A stretch of 64,000 bases of DNA from Balanoglossus misakiensis (taxonomy: Eukaryota; Animalia; Hemichordata): NCBI GenBank assembly GCA_040954595.2, contig CM082592.2, positions 9,039,677-9,103,676 on the forward strand, in the 5' to 3' direction. Positions within the stretch are counted from its first letter, which is position 1, and every line of letters begins with the position of its first letter. A model generated the notes under the pieces. The model did no database searches. It was not told the DNA's origin and saw only the letters and a list, made by a program, of their open reading frames with translations. Positions 39,905 to 52,526 of this stretch are shown in pieces. The position numbers were made by a program, and so were the translations under genes.

Positions 39905-41924
39905 ATGGCGATCCGTGTGGTTCTCAGTCAACGGATACGGCGGGTGATAAAAACAGTCTTAACTGATGATACTGTTCCGGACAAGCTACGAGTGGAACTA
40001 GAAAAGTACTGTGATAGTGATGAGGATGAAGTCGAAAGTATTCCATTCGAAATTGTCCGGATGTGTCACCAGCAACTGACGAAAGGTAATGAATCATTCC
40101 ATTCCATTGATTGACTTTGTTTGGACTTCGAGTTTCTGCACTCACAGGGTTTCAGGTAAATGATTACTAGTAATCTATTTTTGTGTGCAAGGCTATATGC
40201 TGCTACCGACTGTTTTATTGGAGACGACTCCATGCTCCGATAACGAACGTGTGCATAAGCCTCCTGATTCCAACGTGGCTTGCGTACGCCAATGAACCCT
40301 GGCCCATATTACTGCTTCGGTGATCACTGCGTCTCACGTGACCAGACAGGCATCTTGTCAAGTGATCTTTTGGCAATTCCACTAAAATGGACTTCCTTTC
40401 TTTGTTTATTCCAGATGGAACATCATCACTGTATTTACATGAGCTCTTAGAGGGCAGTGAAGTTTACTATCCACCCTTGCCAAAACCGAGACGAGTAAGT
40501 CTTAGTGAAATCACACTTGTCATCACAAGCTAACCAGTGCTGGGCATACCATAGACAGTCTACTGTCTATGGGCATACCTAGAGACGCAGATGTAGAGTT
40601 GGCTCGATCTTTACTCTGATGGGTCTGTGCGGTTCTGTTCTCAGATGTCTGCCTCACTACATCTGAACCTGCACCATAGAAACTCTTTTTTTTTCAAAGG
40701 AAACTTCTCAGCCTATCAGAAAGCTGCTAACTCAGCAGTTTTAGGTACATATTCTGACACGTCATAGTGTCTTTTATAATGAGTGCTCTGATTGGCTTGA
40801 GAAAGCGCAAGATTTAAACAAGATTTTCTAAAAGCCAACTTGACCTCAGCCAATTTCTTTACCTGTTGTCTTGCAGAACCCTGAATTAGTAGCAAGATTA
40901 GAAAGAATAAAGACAGTACTAGAAAACAGACAGTATATGGAAATGACAAAAGGAATAAATACAAGGGTAAGGCTGGTAATTCTATATACATGGATCTTTG
41001 TTTATAGAACTATGTAAAAGATAGAACCTTACTAGAAAATGTCATGATACATACAAAGATGGCCTGGTGTAAAGTGCCCAAATAAGCAACAGCGCCCTCA
41101 ACTTTTAGACATTCAATTTCCTATATGAACAATCATACATATTGTATGCATTGAAGGTTTGAAGCATCATTTATTTGCCTTTTCCAACCAACCTGAATAA
41201 TCACAGTAATGTTGGTATTTAGCATTGTTGTCACATTATAATCTTTATTTTTCCCTTGACATATCACAGGCTCAATCAACATTTTCAGAGTTTGGCTCAG
41301 AAGGTGAGATTCTACTAAAAATAGAAACTTCTTATTCCCCTACAAGTTGAACCACAGTGTTCAGATCCAAGCATGAATTCTGGCACCATCTAAAAACAAA
41401 TAGAATATTTGATTGAACACAGTATCATAGATCATGCGACTGTGAGTTTGGACTGTTTTTCCTGGATAAATAACTTTTACCACATCATGCATTTCATGTA
41501 ATTCTTTTTTTTTTCTTGCTGGCTGACGACATCTTTACACTTTTTCAGTGAGATCTGTGAAGAAACATCTGATAACAGTGATGAATTCATTCTTGACGGT
41601 GATTGGAGCATTTGTGTTTGGCTACATGGCTGCAAGCTTCTCCCACCAGCCTTTACCTTTGGTGAGTCGAGTTATTCAATTTGTGGCCAAACTGGACTGG
41701 TATGCATACAAGATTAGAACTCCAACGTGTACAAACCAGTGAAAGAACAGAACTATACGTGATAAACTAACAAAACAATAAGTCAAAATATTCAAATGTT
41801 ACAGCTGATGTAACTTTACTGAGACACTCATTCTTTTTTCTTTCAGTGTGTCATGGTTGGGATTATCTTTTCAACAATTGTTGGCCTTGCAGATTTGTAC
41901 TTTCTTGCCAAGTCATCACTATGA
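39905..41924 (+). CDS. TMEM199: V-ATPase assembly factor TMEM199/VMA12 (~191 aa)
   Basis: Exons 39905-40085, 40415-40494, 40877-40966, 41270-41303, 41549-41661, 41847-41924; motifs IPF, YLHELLEGSEVY, RNPELVARLERIK..YMEMTK, two TM helices, ADLYF. Confidence 0.93.
40550..40571. mobile_element. 22-bp minimal TIR element with 7-bp TSD (P-like transposon remnant)
   Basis: GGCATAC|CATAGACAGT-CT-ACTGTCTATG|GGCATAC. Confidence 0.6.
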
Positions 41925-43604
41925 CGACACCATACCTGAACTTGCTGCGAGAAAGTTGACTTTATACCTTTGATTATATTTTCTGAAGAGACATAAAAGT
42001 TCCAGTTCTGTGGAAAGTTGGCATCTTTCATATCAATGTACATAGATGGTGGAGCTGAAAGTTGACACAAACAGTTCTGACATGAGACTGTAGTCAACTC
42101 ATGATTTGGAAGTGGGGACCACAGTAATCCTTTGAACTTTGCCTCTGAAAAAACTTCTGAATGATGTCTTGAGTCTTAAGGAACAAAGGATATTGTATTT
42201 GATTATTTTTGTGTGTGAGAAGTACTGTTTGTTATTTATTGCATCATGGACATGACATGTGAATACTTTGATGTACTGGCCCAAAACCACTATCCTGTCT
42301 CAGATGGGCTGAAAATGTGACCCACTTTCAGCACCTAGGGGGCTCTAAAAATGCTCCCTCACTTATAGCCAAACAGGAGCAATAATGGGATTCACTCAGG
42401 CAGCACATACCGTAAAGTGATGTAGATAATGGCCTGTCACAGGTCGAAACGCCCATCTGAATTCAGCGTTTGACAGCCAGGCCATAATGATCATAGACGC
42501 CATGAAAACGTTTACATTTACACATATGAGTGTATATAATCAAGTGATTGTGATTCATTAATCATTGAGATCTGTGGACAAATTTAGTCCGAAATAAAGT
42601 GAAATAAATAATACATTCCCTGTTAAAACTGTGGTTCGTGTACATATTCTTTCTCAATAGGAATTACTGTAATATGGTGAGGATCTTGGAACGGGTACGG
42701 TGGCCAGTGAAAGCGTGTTTGTGATATGTTAGAGATCAAAAATTTATAAGGAGTTGACAAAGAATTGTTTGCATGTTTCACACACCACTCAAACAACAGA
42801 ACTGGTTCGATAAACCAGCCGATCTGTATTTAAAACTACGAGAGAGAGAGAGCGAGAGACAGATCGCCACATCAGACATACGTCATCATCTAGTTTTCTC
42901 TGTCTGGACTGAGGGGGCGTTATACAGATCGACCAACATGGCGGCTTGCTCAAAATGGGAGTGAAGTATCACGACGTGAAGAATTGACACCGGTTTGACG
43001 CCTTCACGACAAGTACTTGATATTGTTATCATTCTATCTGGGTCAATAAGTGATCCAAGCCACTCAAGAGCTTCATAGATTCCAGGTATCAGTTGCAGTC
43101 GTCGAGTTGCGCGATAAAACAAGGGCGGGCTCTGCCGGACTGGAAAGACCGGTGTGTACGTGTGTGGAGTTTGTTCCCAGTGTTAGTGTGTAAAGCTGGA
43201 ACTGACAAAGGCTGCGTTGTTCACCCAGCTGACTTGGTGACCGTATTTTTCCACTGATTGTGGGAACGTGTCGGTGTAATTTGAAATTTCCAGGGCATTT
43301 CTAACACTTGTACGCTAACCTTTTCTCCGGAAGTTGCATAGTGTGTACAAACCGCAGTGGGCAGAGGGAACGAGTCTAAATTTGACGTGTGTGGATGTCA
43401 ACACGACGATAGCTCGGTCGAACGGAATGTAACTGGAGTAGGTGGTGAACATTTGCATCTGATAGGACCTACATACTCCCGATCATACCAGAGAAAAGAG
43501 TGACCACACGTGCGAATATCTCCAAAGGGAGGGTATCGACAGTTATTTGCTAATCAAACGCACGATCACAAAGCGCTGCATACATTGAGTTGTTTTGGGA
43601 AACC

Positions 43605-46600
43605 ATGCAAAGTGGCATGGAACTGCATATTCTGGATCACAAAGTTTACTTGATTAGCGTGGAGAAGGAGGCTATACCATTCGTTACACATTCACTGGTC
43701 AAGTTGGCTCTACTGTACAAGTACACAAAGTAAGTTTATTTCCCAGGTCTCACATGTGGCAGTTGTGAGACTGTCCCACCCCCTGGCCTGATTTCATCAT
43801 AAGTATTTCCCCAAACAAGATGGTGTTCTCCATTGGATTGTGCCATGGATATTAGCCTGCGTACATGTCTGTATGTTCCCACACAGACCTGTACGCAGGC
43901 TACATGGATATTAGCATTAACACTATCTTGTTCAGGGGAAATACTAAACTGAAATGGCGCCGTCTTGTCTTCTCCTCCGTGCAAAACAAGCCCTTCCTCT
44001 TGATTTATATTCTAGGGCACTCGGCATACACACCGGGTTCATGACCCTTATAAGTGTCAGTTACCTGACTTTTATCCTACCTGAAAACAGGCCATGTATA
44101 CAAAGTTGTGAACTTTGCAGGGGGTCAGTGAATAGCTGTGTGACTCCTGTAGCAAAGAAGATTACTAGGTTTGCAAAGTAAGGACAGGACCTTAAGCCAT
44201 AAATTTGCTGATTTTTCAGGGTATAATTGGCAGTGTCCCCATCTGTGTCAGGGTCAGTCAGAGTTCAGCTCATGTTTGGTGGGCCACTCTGCAATGATAT
44301 GCATTATGCCCAGAGCCCTGGCACTGGCCTGATGCAGATTTGCATCAGTAGTGTTTGACCAAAAGTCTCTTTGACCCTGTGCTTGAGAGAGGTCATGGTC
44401 ATGGGCCATTGCAATCATTGCAGCTGCACCTAGATTATATTCACCAGTAGAAACATTTTGAAATTTGGCGGTGGTGAAATATGATGCTAGTAGTAAATTC
44501 CTGAAGTTCTAAGATGGGTTAAAAGTTGGTATGCTACCTGCACAGTATATCGGCAACCATCGGCTACATTTGCCTGACTTATCATGTTTGCTCCCAATCC
44601 ATGCTTGACCAACTGACCTAATTTTCTGTCATGAAGGTCATCCTGAGGTCAAGGCTGCAAATTCATATACAAATTCATCTAATAAAACACATCTATCAGG
44701 AAAACTACCCGGGAGACACTGTTGGGGGAATGACTTTTTCTTAAATTCGGCAAGGACTGGACTGGTGTTTGCGTGATTGACAACCAACATTTACTACACT
44801 AGCTGTACACATTTACCTTTGTAAAACCCACCTTTACGTTAATGACATCACACAGATCAAGTCATCCCAGTCTAGATTTGATAACCTTGCACAGGTCAGA
44901 GTTTTTATATGGGACAGCTGGTTTGGGTTCCCATGATGCATCTGAACTCTCTCCAAAATGGATGATACATGTGTCTGTTCCAACAGGCCTGAAACAATGA
45001 AAGTATGGACATGTACATTTATTTTTATAACAGGAATTATTTTTTCTTTTGCAGGTGTCGATTTTTTAGCTACACAGAAACCTGCGATGATTTCTCTGTA
45101 ATTGTTGATGAAGGTGGATACCAAGGTAGGCATATGTAAATAGTGATATTACGGTGATTAGCTGTTACTAAATTTATGGTAATATATTCATACACACACC
45201 TGGAAATTTGGATAGTCATTGTTATTGCACCTGTGTCAGTTAGTATACATGTATTAAAATTTGTCATTTTTGGTGAGTCAAGATTGCTGTCTTTTGACAT
45301 TATTATGGATATTTTTTCCATAATAGTGTTGAACGGCACTGGTGTAGATTCCTGCGTATGTATATTATAAATATTCCATATGTGATCGCGATCGTAGAAC
45401 ACCCTATCAATAAGATGATTGATGAACATTTACTTGTCCAGTGTTAACTCATTCATCACACATTTCATATTGGCTGTTTAAAGTATTGCTGATATTGATA
45501 AGTGCTCTATATTGACATTCATGAATAAAATGAGCCTGTGGCCACAAAAGTATTACATATGGGGTTCGTCAGTTTGTATAATCAATAGCCTCTTAATTGA
45601 TCAATTTCTGAACCGTGTGAATATTACTAAATGTGCATGTAGTGTTTAGCAATATTGACATTTTTCATGCGGCGCCATAGTGACATTGAGAGAAATGGTG
45701 ATTAGTTTTGTCTGCAATAATCATGTTACTCTCGACTGACTGGAAAGTGGAGAGGGGATCTGGGCACAAAAGGTGAAAACAGTGCGAGAAAAATGGCCAT
45801 AGAAATACATGTATTCCTAAGAAACATGCTCACCCACCCACATGTGTTTATTTTTACCACTATCATGTGAAATATTGGCAGTGTGACTATTTCAAAAGCC
45901 GTCAGCATAAACATCTTATTGCTTTTATATCTGTTTAAGGCTGGCAAGAGCTCTGTAACCATGGCAACTTAGTACCAGACTGAACTCTGAAAAATCATGA
46001 TATCAATCACAGGATAGATATTCTTGATAAGGTAGCTCTCGTTTAAAAAAACGATTTCAGTGAAAATTTATTATTCTGTCTACATTGGCAATAGAGTGCT
46101 GAGAGAAATTAGGGCCTACAGCAGAAGCTCAAGTGGAGTTGTTTCTGAAACACGAACAAGCACACCAGCTTGACAGACGACATTCTAGTTATTTCAGATA
46201 TGGTCTTGAAGGTGGATGGCATTTTGATGTGTTTGATCAGGGCCAGTATTATTTGTAAGTAGGTTTTTCTAATCATCAAGAGTCTTTATGTCCAGGTCAT
46301 GTGTAGTATAATATCAACATACAATGTATAGGTTCATGTACTGGTAATTTTGTCTGCTGGTACTTAGTGACTGATACACAGGTAGTATAGAAGGGTCCGG
46401 AAATTACATCCTGACACAGTACTCAACATTATATAGTGTTTGTGTGTTTAATACCAGTATCAACAGTGGGTTCATCCCTCTGACAAATAACTAATTAGCA
46501 GTTACTCTGGATGGTTGACGTCAGTCTGTCCATAACGGTGGAATTCATAGTATGCTGGAATTTATCAGTCGGTACACATTGGTGTTTGCGGTCAGATGAT

Positions 46601-49600
46601 CAGAATAGTCGGTGTGTGGAGATGAGTCACTGACTATCCCAGGTTTACAGAACGACTACTTGTAGCAAAGGGCAGTTACACACCAGAACTTTATCTCCGA
46701 GCACTGTTTGCAGTTCTCGGTGATTAGAAATGTACTTGTACTGGTACGTGTGGTTCTACATGTAGTGCGTCTATAACCTTGTCAATTTTATTTTCACAGA
46801 CAGCTCTGCTTTGTAGAGGCTTATTAATTAATATATGAGCAAATTGAAATCACTCATTTGGGTATTGGCAGCTCATCAAACCTTTCAAATACAAAATGTG
46901 CTAATTGACAAGTCAGGTTAGCTGTCAGGTGTCTGCCTGTAGGGCAAAATACTAATAGTTTATTTATAATGCAGGTAGCTGAATAGGGACGTAGTCTGGG
47001 TATGTGCAACATAGATGTTCTGGGAAACAGGGTTAATACAGATTAAGGTTGTATGGATTAAATTCCCAGAAGGGAGAGAGCTGCATCATTATGCAGGTGT
47101 CGGTGCCAATTTTCATATTGCGTGTTTTTGGGGTCAGCCGGGGTAGAATACATTCTTGATAAATGATTGACTGTACTCTGTGTGTTTGACAGATAGATTT
47201 CGGGGACCAGGGTGGTTTTGATTGCTTCTGAACACAGTACAAATGCGCGCTAAACACTGCCTGGTATTTTTGACGATTTGTATATATGTCAGCTGCTGTG
47301 CCACTTTCCAGAGGGGATGTTCAACTGCATGTTGCTATAGCAACAAAGCTAACCAATGGCAGGTTTGATCATCCTCTTGCCACATGCTTATTTGCATAAT
47401 TATGAGACAGGACGTAATCCGCAATGAAGGGATTTTTTTGCCTCCAATGCAGTGAAGTTGCTATTCTGATTTTAAGAATCGCATTGTCTGTCCTGTTTAA
47501 TAGTAGCCTGTGTGAAAATAATTGCTTCAGTTATCAGCTTCAGAATGAAAATCATGACTTAACACTAGTGTTGAAGATTATTACTAGTCTGAAAGGATTT
47601 ATAAACAGTTGAATGATGCCAGCTGACATTTGCCCTATGTTACATTATGTACATGGATCATTTTTTTGTGCTGTGAATTTACATATTATTTGTTGAGCAG
47701 AATTAAATCTGTCATTGATAAGCAGTTTATATATGGGCAGTATCACCCCATAGTAACAGCAGTTGATTTTAATACCAGGCCTTGACAGAATCGTAGATTG
47801 CACGGGCTGTTATTAATGTAATTTAAGTTCGTTGTACTCGAAGTGATATCTCTGAGTTCTCTTGTCTGCCAGCATACATTGATGAAATCATTACAGCAGA
47901 GCCAGCCGTCTCTCATTAATGTCTCGTCTGAAGATAAAAATCTTCACTGCACGATGAAAATCCATTTGGCTGAAAGAATTGGTTCATTAACCGGCAAATT
48001 GTGATGTCGGATTTATTCGCGTGATGTCTGAACGTTGTCCAACTGTCTGAGAAGTTGACAGGGAAATGTAACCGTTGGAGGATGCTGTGATGATAATACT
48101 GGTGTGCGCCTTTCTATCCAAGACTTGGGTGCATCTCACCAATTCGAAAACTGTTTTCTTTTCAGCCACTGTGCTCATTATTAATTATTGAGTGAGCACA
48201 GTGAGTACAGCCAATCGTGGAAAGGGGATAAAACATCATCAACCCAATCCAGCCAATGAAACCACTTCATCTGACTCCATCCAGCCAATCAGATCACTTC
48301 TTCTAAACAACACTGACCTATCGCGACAGAAGTTACTCACATTTTCCATGTCAATTTTTTTTTACTAATTTCCCCCCAGAAATTCCCAAACACGAGAAGG
48401 TGAAGGTTCAGCCGGATAAATGGCGTGTCCTGAATGTAGCAGTTGGTGCGTACGCAACCAATAAGGTGTCCGGTCTTACCAAGATAGCCAAGTCAGTCAT
48501 CCTCCCATTGGCCGATTACCATGTCTCTGTGTTTTGCATGTCTACTTACCAAACAGACTTTATCTTGGTGAGTGGAATACGCAGCATCACACTTAAAGCT
48601 TGTCGAAATCAAATCATGTCTGGACCTTTTATTTGTGAATTCTTACATGATTTTGAAGACTAGTTTGTATAATATATAAAGAGTGTTACAAGATTTCAGT
48701 TTACAAATTTGGCTCCCAATTGGCACTTATACATTCTCTAATTTTACTGTTGTGACTGATTACATTATTTCTTTCTCAGATAAAGGAAAATGATTTAGAG
48801 AAAGCAATAGAATGTCTGTCGGCAAACTTTAAAGTCTTCCAGGAGAAAGATGGGGAAACGTTACCTGTACCGATCAACCAACCAGTCGATGAAGACAAGC
48901 TGCTGGATCCAGGTGAGTGAAGAATGTAACAGTGTCGCTGATTGGGCACGTCCTTGACGAGACAGCACTTGTGATTGGTTTATAATGAGACAACACTTGT
49001 GATTGGTTATTAAGGGAGTGGTCATAAAATGTGCTGTATTGGTTAGTGAAAGCTTGAATGATTACAAACTCATGTTTTGAAAAGACCTACAAGATACCCG
49101 CCCTGGTAAATTTTTTTTCAAATCTTTCCCCCCCCGTTTCATTTCACCCTGACAGGACTTGAAAAGAACAGACACTACAATGTAGTTACAAATGGGATCA
49201 GAGGTACAGTGAGTCTGGCTTCCCAGCCAATTTCTAACATTAGCGTTCAACTATAAAAAGAAAGGGTTGAAAGGTGTATATTGATTTATTACTATGTGAT
49301 GGACAAGACTACGTCTACGGTTTGGCAAATAGATTGGGTTCTTATCTGTCCAGCCTACCAACCAATTCCAAAGCCTTGGCTTATCTGTCAGAAATGTGTA
49401 AGAGAGATCGTAAGAGATTTATTTTCCAATTTTAGTATAAAAACCAAGCTGTAAGATACAATTTTTTTTGTTCTGTTATATATCTCTTGTGTAATATGGA
49501 GTATAATATATATTTATATACGTCTGACTTTCCTATCTGTATTAATCTGGCTGTTTATTTACATATGTATTGTTTGTACACGTATAATCATATAAATATT

Positions 49601-52526
49601 CTAATTAATATGTGACGATAGAGTTACCAAATGTTCCTTGGTAAATGTGAGGTATGATTATGAATGAATAAGGTGTCTTGGATGTGAATGTACGTGTGCA
49701 GATGATTGTGGTCTCTGCATTACTTGTTTTTTTTTCTTTTTATCCTTTTTAGTCTTTTTTTTATCGTAGTAAATAATTCACTGCAAAGCACACCATAACC
49801 TTTCATAATGACATACAGTCAATTTAAAAAAGCCTATACAGACTACTGAGTTGTAGCTTTTATGGTCTGCTACAAATTCAAGCGTTCGGGTTCACTTTCT
49901 CCATTGAAATTATCTGGGCGACTGCAACCGTGAATCTATTTCCATCAGTGATGGATGAAATTATCTGCTTAATGGCACCTCATAATAAATGGAGTCTAAT
50001 GGATTTATCACCCGGACTGGCTTGCACATGTTTCATGAACTTGAGATCTTCCGTAGTAATGAGATACGTGTCCCAGTTACCTTATAGCGTGGAACGTCCA
50101 TTCAAGTAACCATGACGCTAATTTCATGCTCTCGCTGACAGTTGTAATGCTCATGAATTACAAGAAAAATTTTTTTCACCAAATTTGTGAGTTTACTCCT
50201 GGAACAGAAAAGTCAGTGAGAGCAAGAGGATGACAGCCTGGTGTCAAGTCTGTTCAGCAAACTTCATAGTCATCTCAAAACGTTTTGATCTTTTTTGACT
50301 TGATTTCAGGAACTCCACGGCCGATCGTACACCCGTTCATCGTCCCACTGAATCGCTTCTCTATTCGGAGCCTCCACCCAGAAACACTGCCCAACGTCGC
50401 CTGTGCATTGCTGGAAATTATGTTCTATGCTGAAAGGTAATGAGATTTGCATTTGGGGTCCCTGTACAATTTTGTCCAGAATTAGAAAGTGGCATGAATC
50501 CAAGGCGCATTGTACATGCAGCTTAAAGAACGGCTTCTCTGATTGGCTCCTCACTTGTCCAGCTTTGTAACAGATTCTGTAATCCTTTTTTTCAGTCTGA
50601 TATCTCCCCTCCAGGACGGCCACGACAGATTTTTTTCATACTCGGTTGTCGACGGTGAAATCTCACTGGTTATGGATGCTGATGCTCTCTCAAAGTAAGA
50701 ATAAATTCCCAAAGAATTCATCAAAATGCTTTATAAAATTTACTCAAGGGCATATATTGTCAACACTATTCTTGTTAACCTGTGCTCATTTCTTGACGTA
50801 TCCATGACAGATTTCCCACCAATTCCCTGTTCGGAAGCACAGCTGGAGAGTGTTGGCGAATGATCAGGATAGGTGGTGCCCCACTGGGGTTTGGTAAGTC
50901 AAAAAAAATCTGTCTGTTCTCTAGTAACAGTTTTATACAGAGACTGACATCATGGAAACAGTACAAAGAAAAGTTCTGCAATGTGACTACAGTTACTCCT
51001 ATGTAATGAATGTGTCACATTTAGACTCATGATAACATTCCTGCAGTATTAGTTTATACTTCTGATTCCATGAGATGTTGTCAAATGCCTGAGCTTGTTC
51101 CCAGCAACAAATTAAGTTAATACTGACGTTGGGTGACATCAACTGACTGGTAAAAGTTATCACAAGACACTGTGTTGTCCAATCATACAAACTCCAAAGT
51201 TTCTTCAGCTGCTCAGCAGGCTTGGTTCAATCCAAGTGCAAGGCTGATCCAAAAGTGTGACTGTATTTTCTCCATTCAGAGGAAAGCGGAATTGTTGCAC
51301 AATATACGAATGCCATCTCAGAAGCCAACTGCTCGGCATATCACATCAGTACCTTTACCAAAGGATACACACTGGTAAGCGAAGTCGCGTAGAAGAAACA
51401 TCCCCTCTAACTTCATGCTTCTCCAACCCCTATCACGAATGGTATCTTCCAATGCCTTCCACTGGCTGAAGCACACTGGAAGCATACCACTCGCTCAAAT
51501 AGGGAACATAACATGTAATACAGAAGATACATTTTTATTCTTCTTTTTTTGTTGTTGCCTGTTTCTTTGTTCAGATGAATGTGGCATTGCAGCTCAGATC
51601 TCCCAGCCGCTCGCTGATGCCGACATTTCAACTTATTACATCAGTACATTTCTCACAGATCATACTTTGGTAAGATTCTGCCTTTTTCAATGTGTTTTCG
51701 AGCTTGTAGCTGAATTGTATTATGCCTTCTGTCTGTGTGACTGTTGTGTTACCCATGATTCCTCAGAGTTTCTTGAGTAGCATGTCATGTGACTTAATGT
51801 GACCAATCAACTGTCAATAAGATGAATTATATGCAAAAACAGGAAATATATACAGCAGTTGGACCCAAAACATCCCTGACATAAAATGCGAGAATATGAG
51901 TTATCTACCAAAGTTGTGTAAACATCTGTTAGAAAAATAATGATGTAGAAGCATGGCTACGATCATCTGTATAAAACTCACCATCACCATATGAAATTTC
52001 CTTCTTCACTATCCATTAAAGCTACATCGATTATTTCATGCCATTCCCTGTCATAGACCAGCATCATAAAGAATTTGTTATTGTGGTTTTATGCATTGTT
52101 CTGTCACTGATGTTATGCCCCAGTATTTTTTCTTGATGTGATTTTGTTTTCTGTTTCAAAGTTTCAGTATGACCCAAGATTACTTGTATAGTGTATGACC
52201 TTCCATTAGTTAAAAGTGGCAAAAATCTGCCATCTTGAAATTGTGTCGACAACAGATAACTGTGGAGAAACAGTTTACAGTTTTTTCACCACTTGTCACT
52301 GACTGCACGGTCTCCTCCTTCTCTTCGCCCTCGTTAGGTTCCTGAGGAAGATGCTGACCTTGTCATCCAAATCCTGAAAAGCCGTCAACAGCTTCAGTCA
52401 ATCAGCGAGGAGAATGATGACGGCCAGCAGCACGTCAACACGATCAACTCTGTGCATTTGACCGATGGCGGTGACGAAAAGCTCCCAATCCGACACCAAA
52501 ATGACAAAGACACAGCATACTATTAA
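43605..52526 (+). CDS. CASTOR: CASTOR1/2 (GATS-like) cytosolic arginine sensor for mTORC1
   Basis: Exons 43605(or 43617)-43729 (MELHILDH..), 45055-45125, 48380-48567 (GLTKIAKSVILPLADYHVSVFCMSTYQTDFIL), 48780-48912, probable 49156-49203, 50310-50436, 50596-50694, 50811-50893 (WRMIRIGGAPLGF), [51280-51374 or 51575-51669], 52338-52526; all phase-compatible. Confidence 0.95.
51280..51374 (+). CDS. CASTOR alternative ACT4 exon A (divergent duplicate)
   Basis: ttttctccattcag|95 nt|gtaagc; phase 1 to 0; translates EESGIVAQYTNAISEANCSAYHISTFTKGYTL. Confidence 0.8.
51575..51669 (+). CDS. CASTOR canonical ACT4 exon B
   Basis: tttctttgttcag|95 nt|gtaaga; translates DECGIAAQISQPLADADISTYYISTFLTDHTL. 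Confidence 0.93.

Noticed and set aside
46198-46255. AG..GTAAGT-bounded segment in CASTOR intron 2
   Set aside because: Joining to exon 3 creates TAA and there is no homology; at best a poison exon, unsupported without RNA data.
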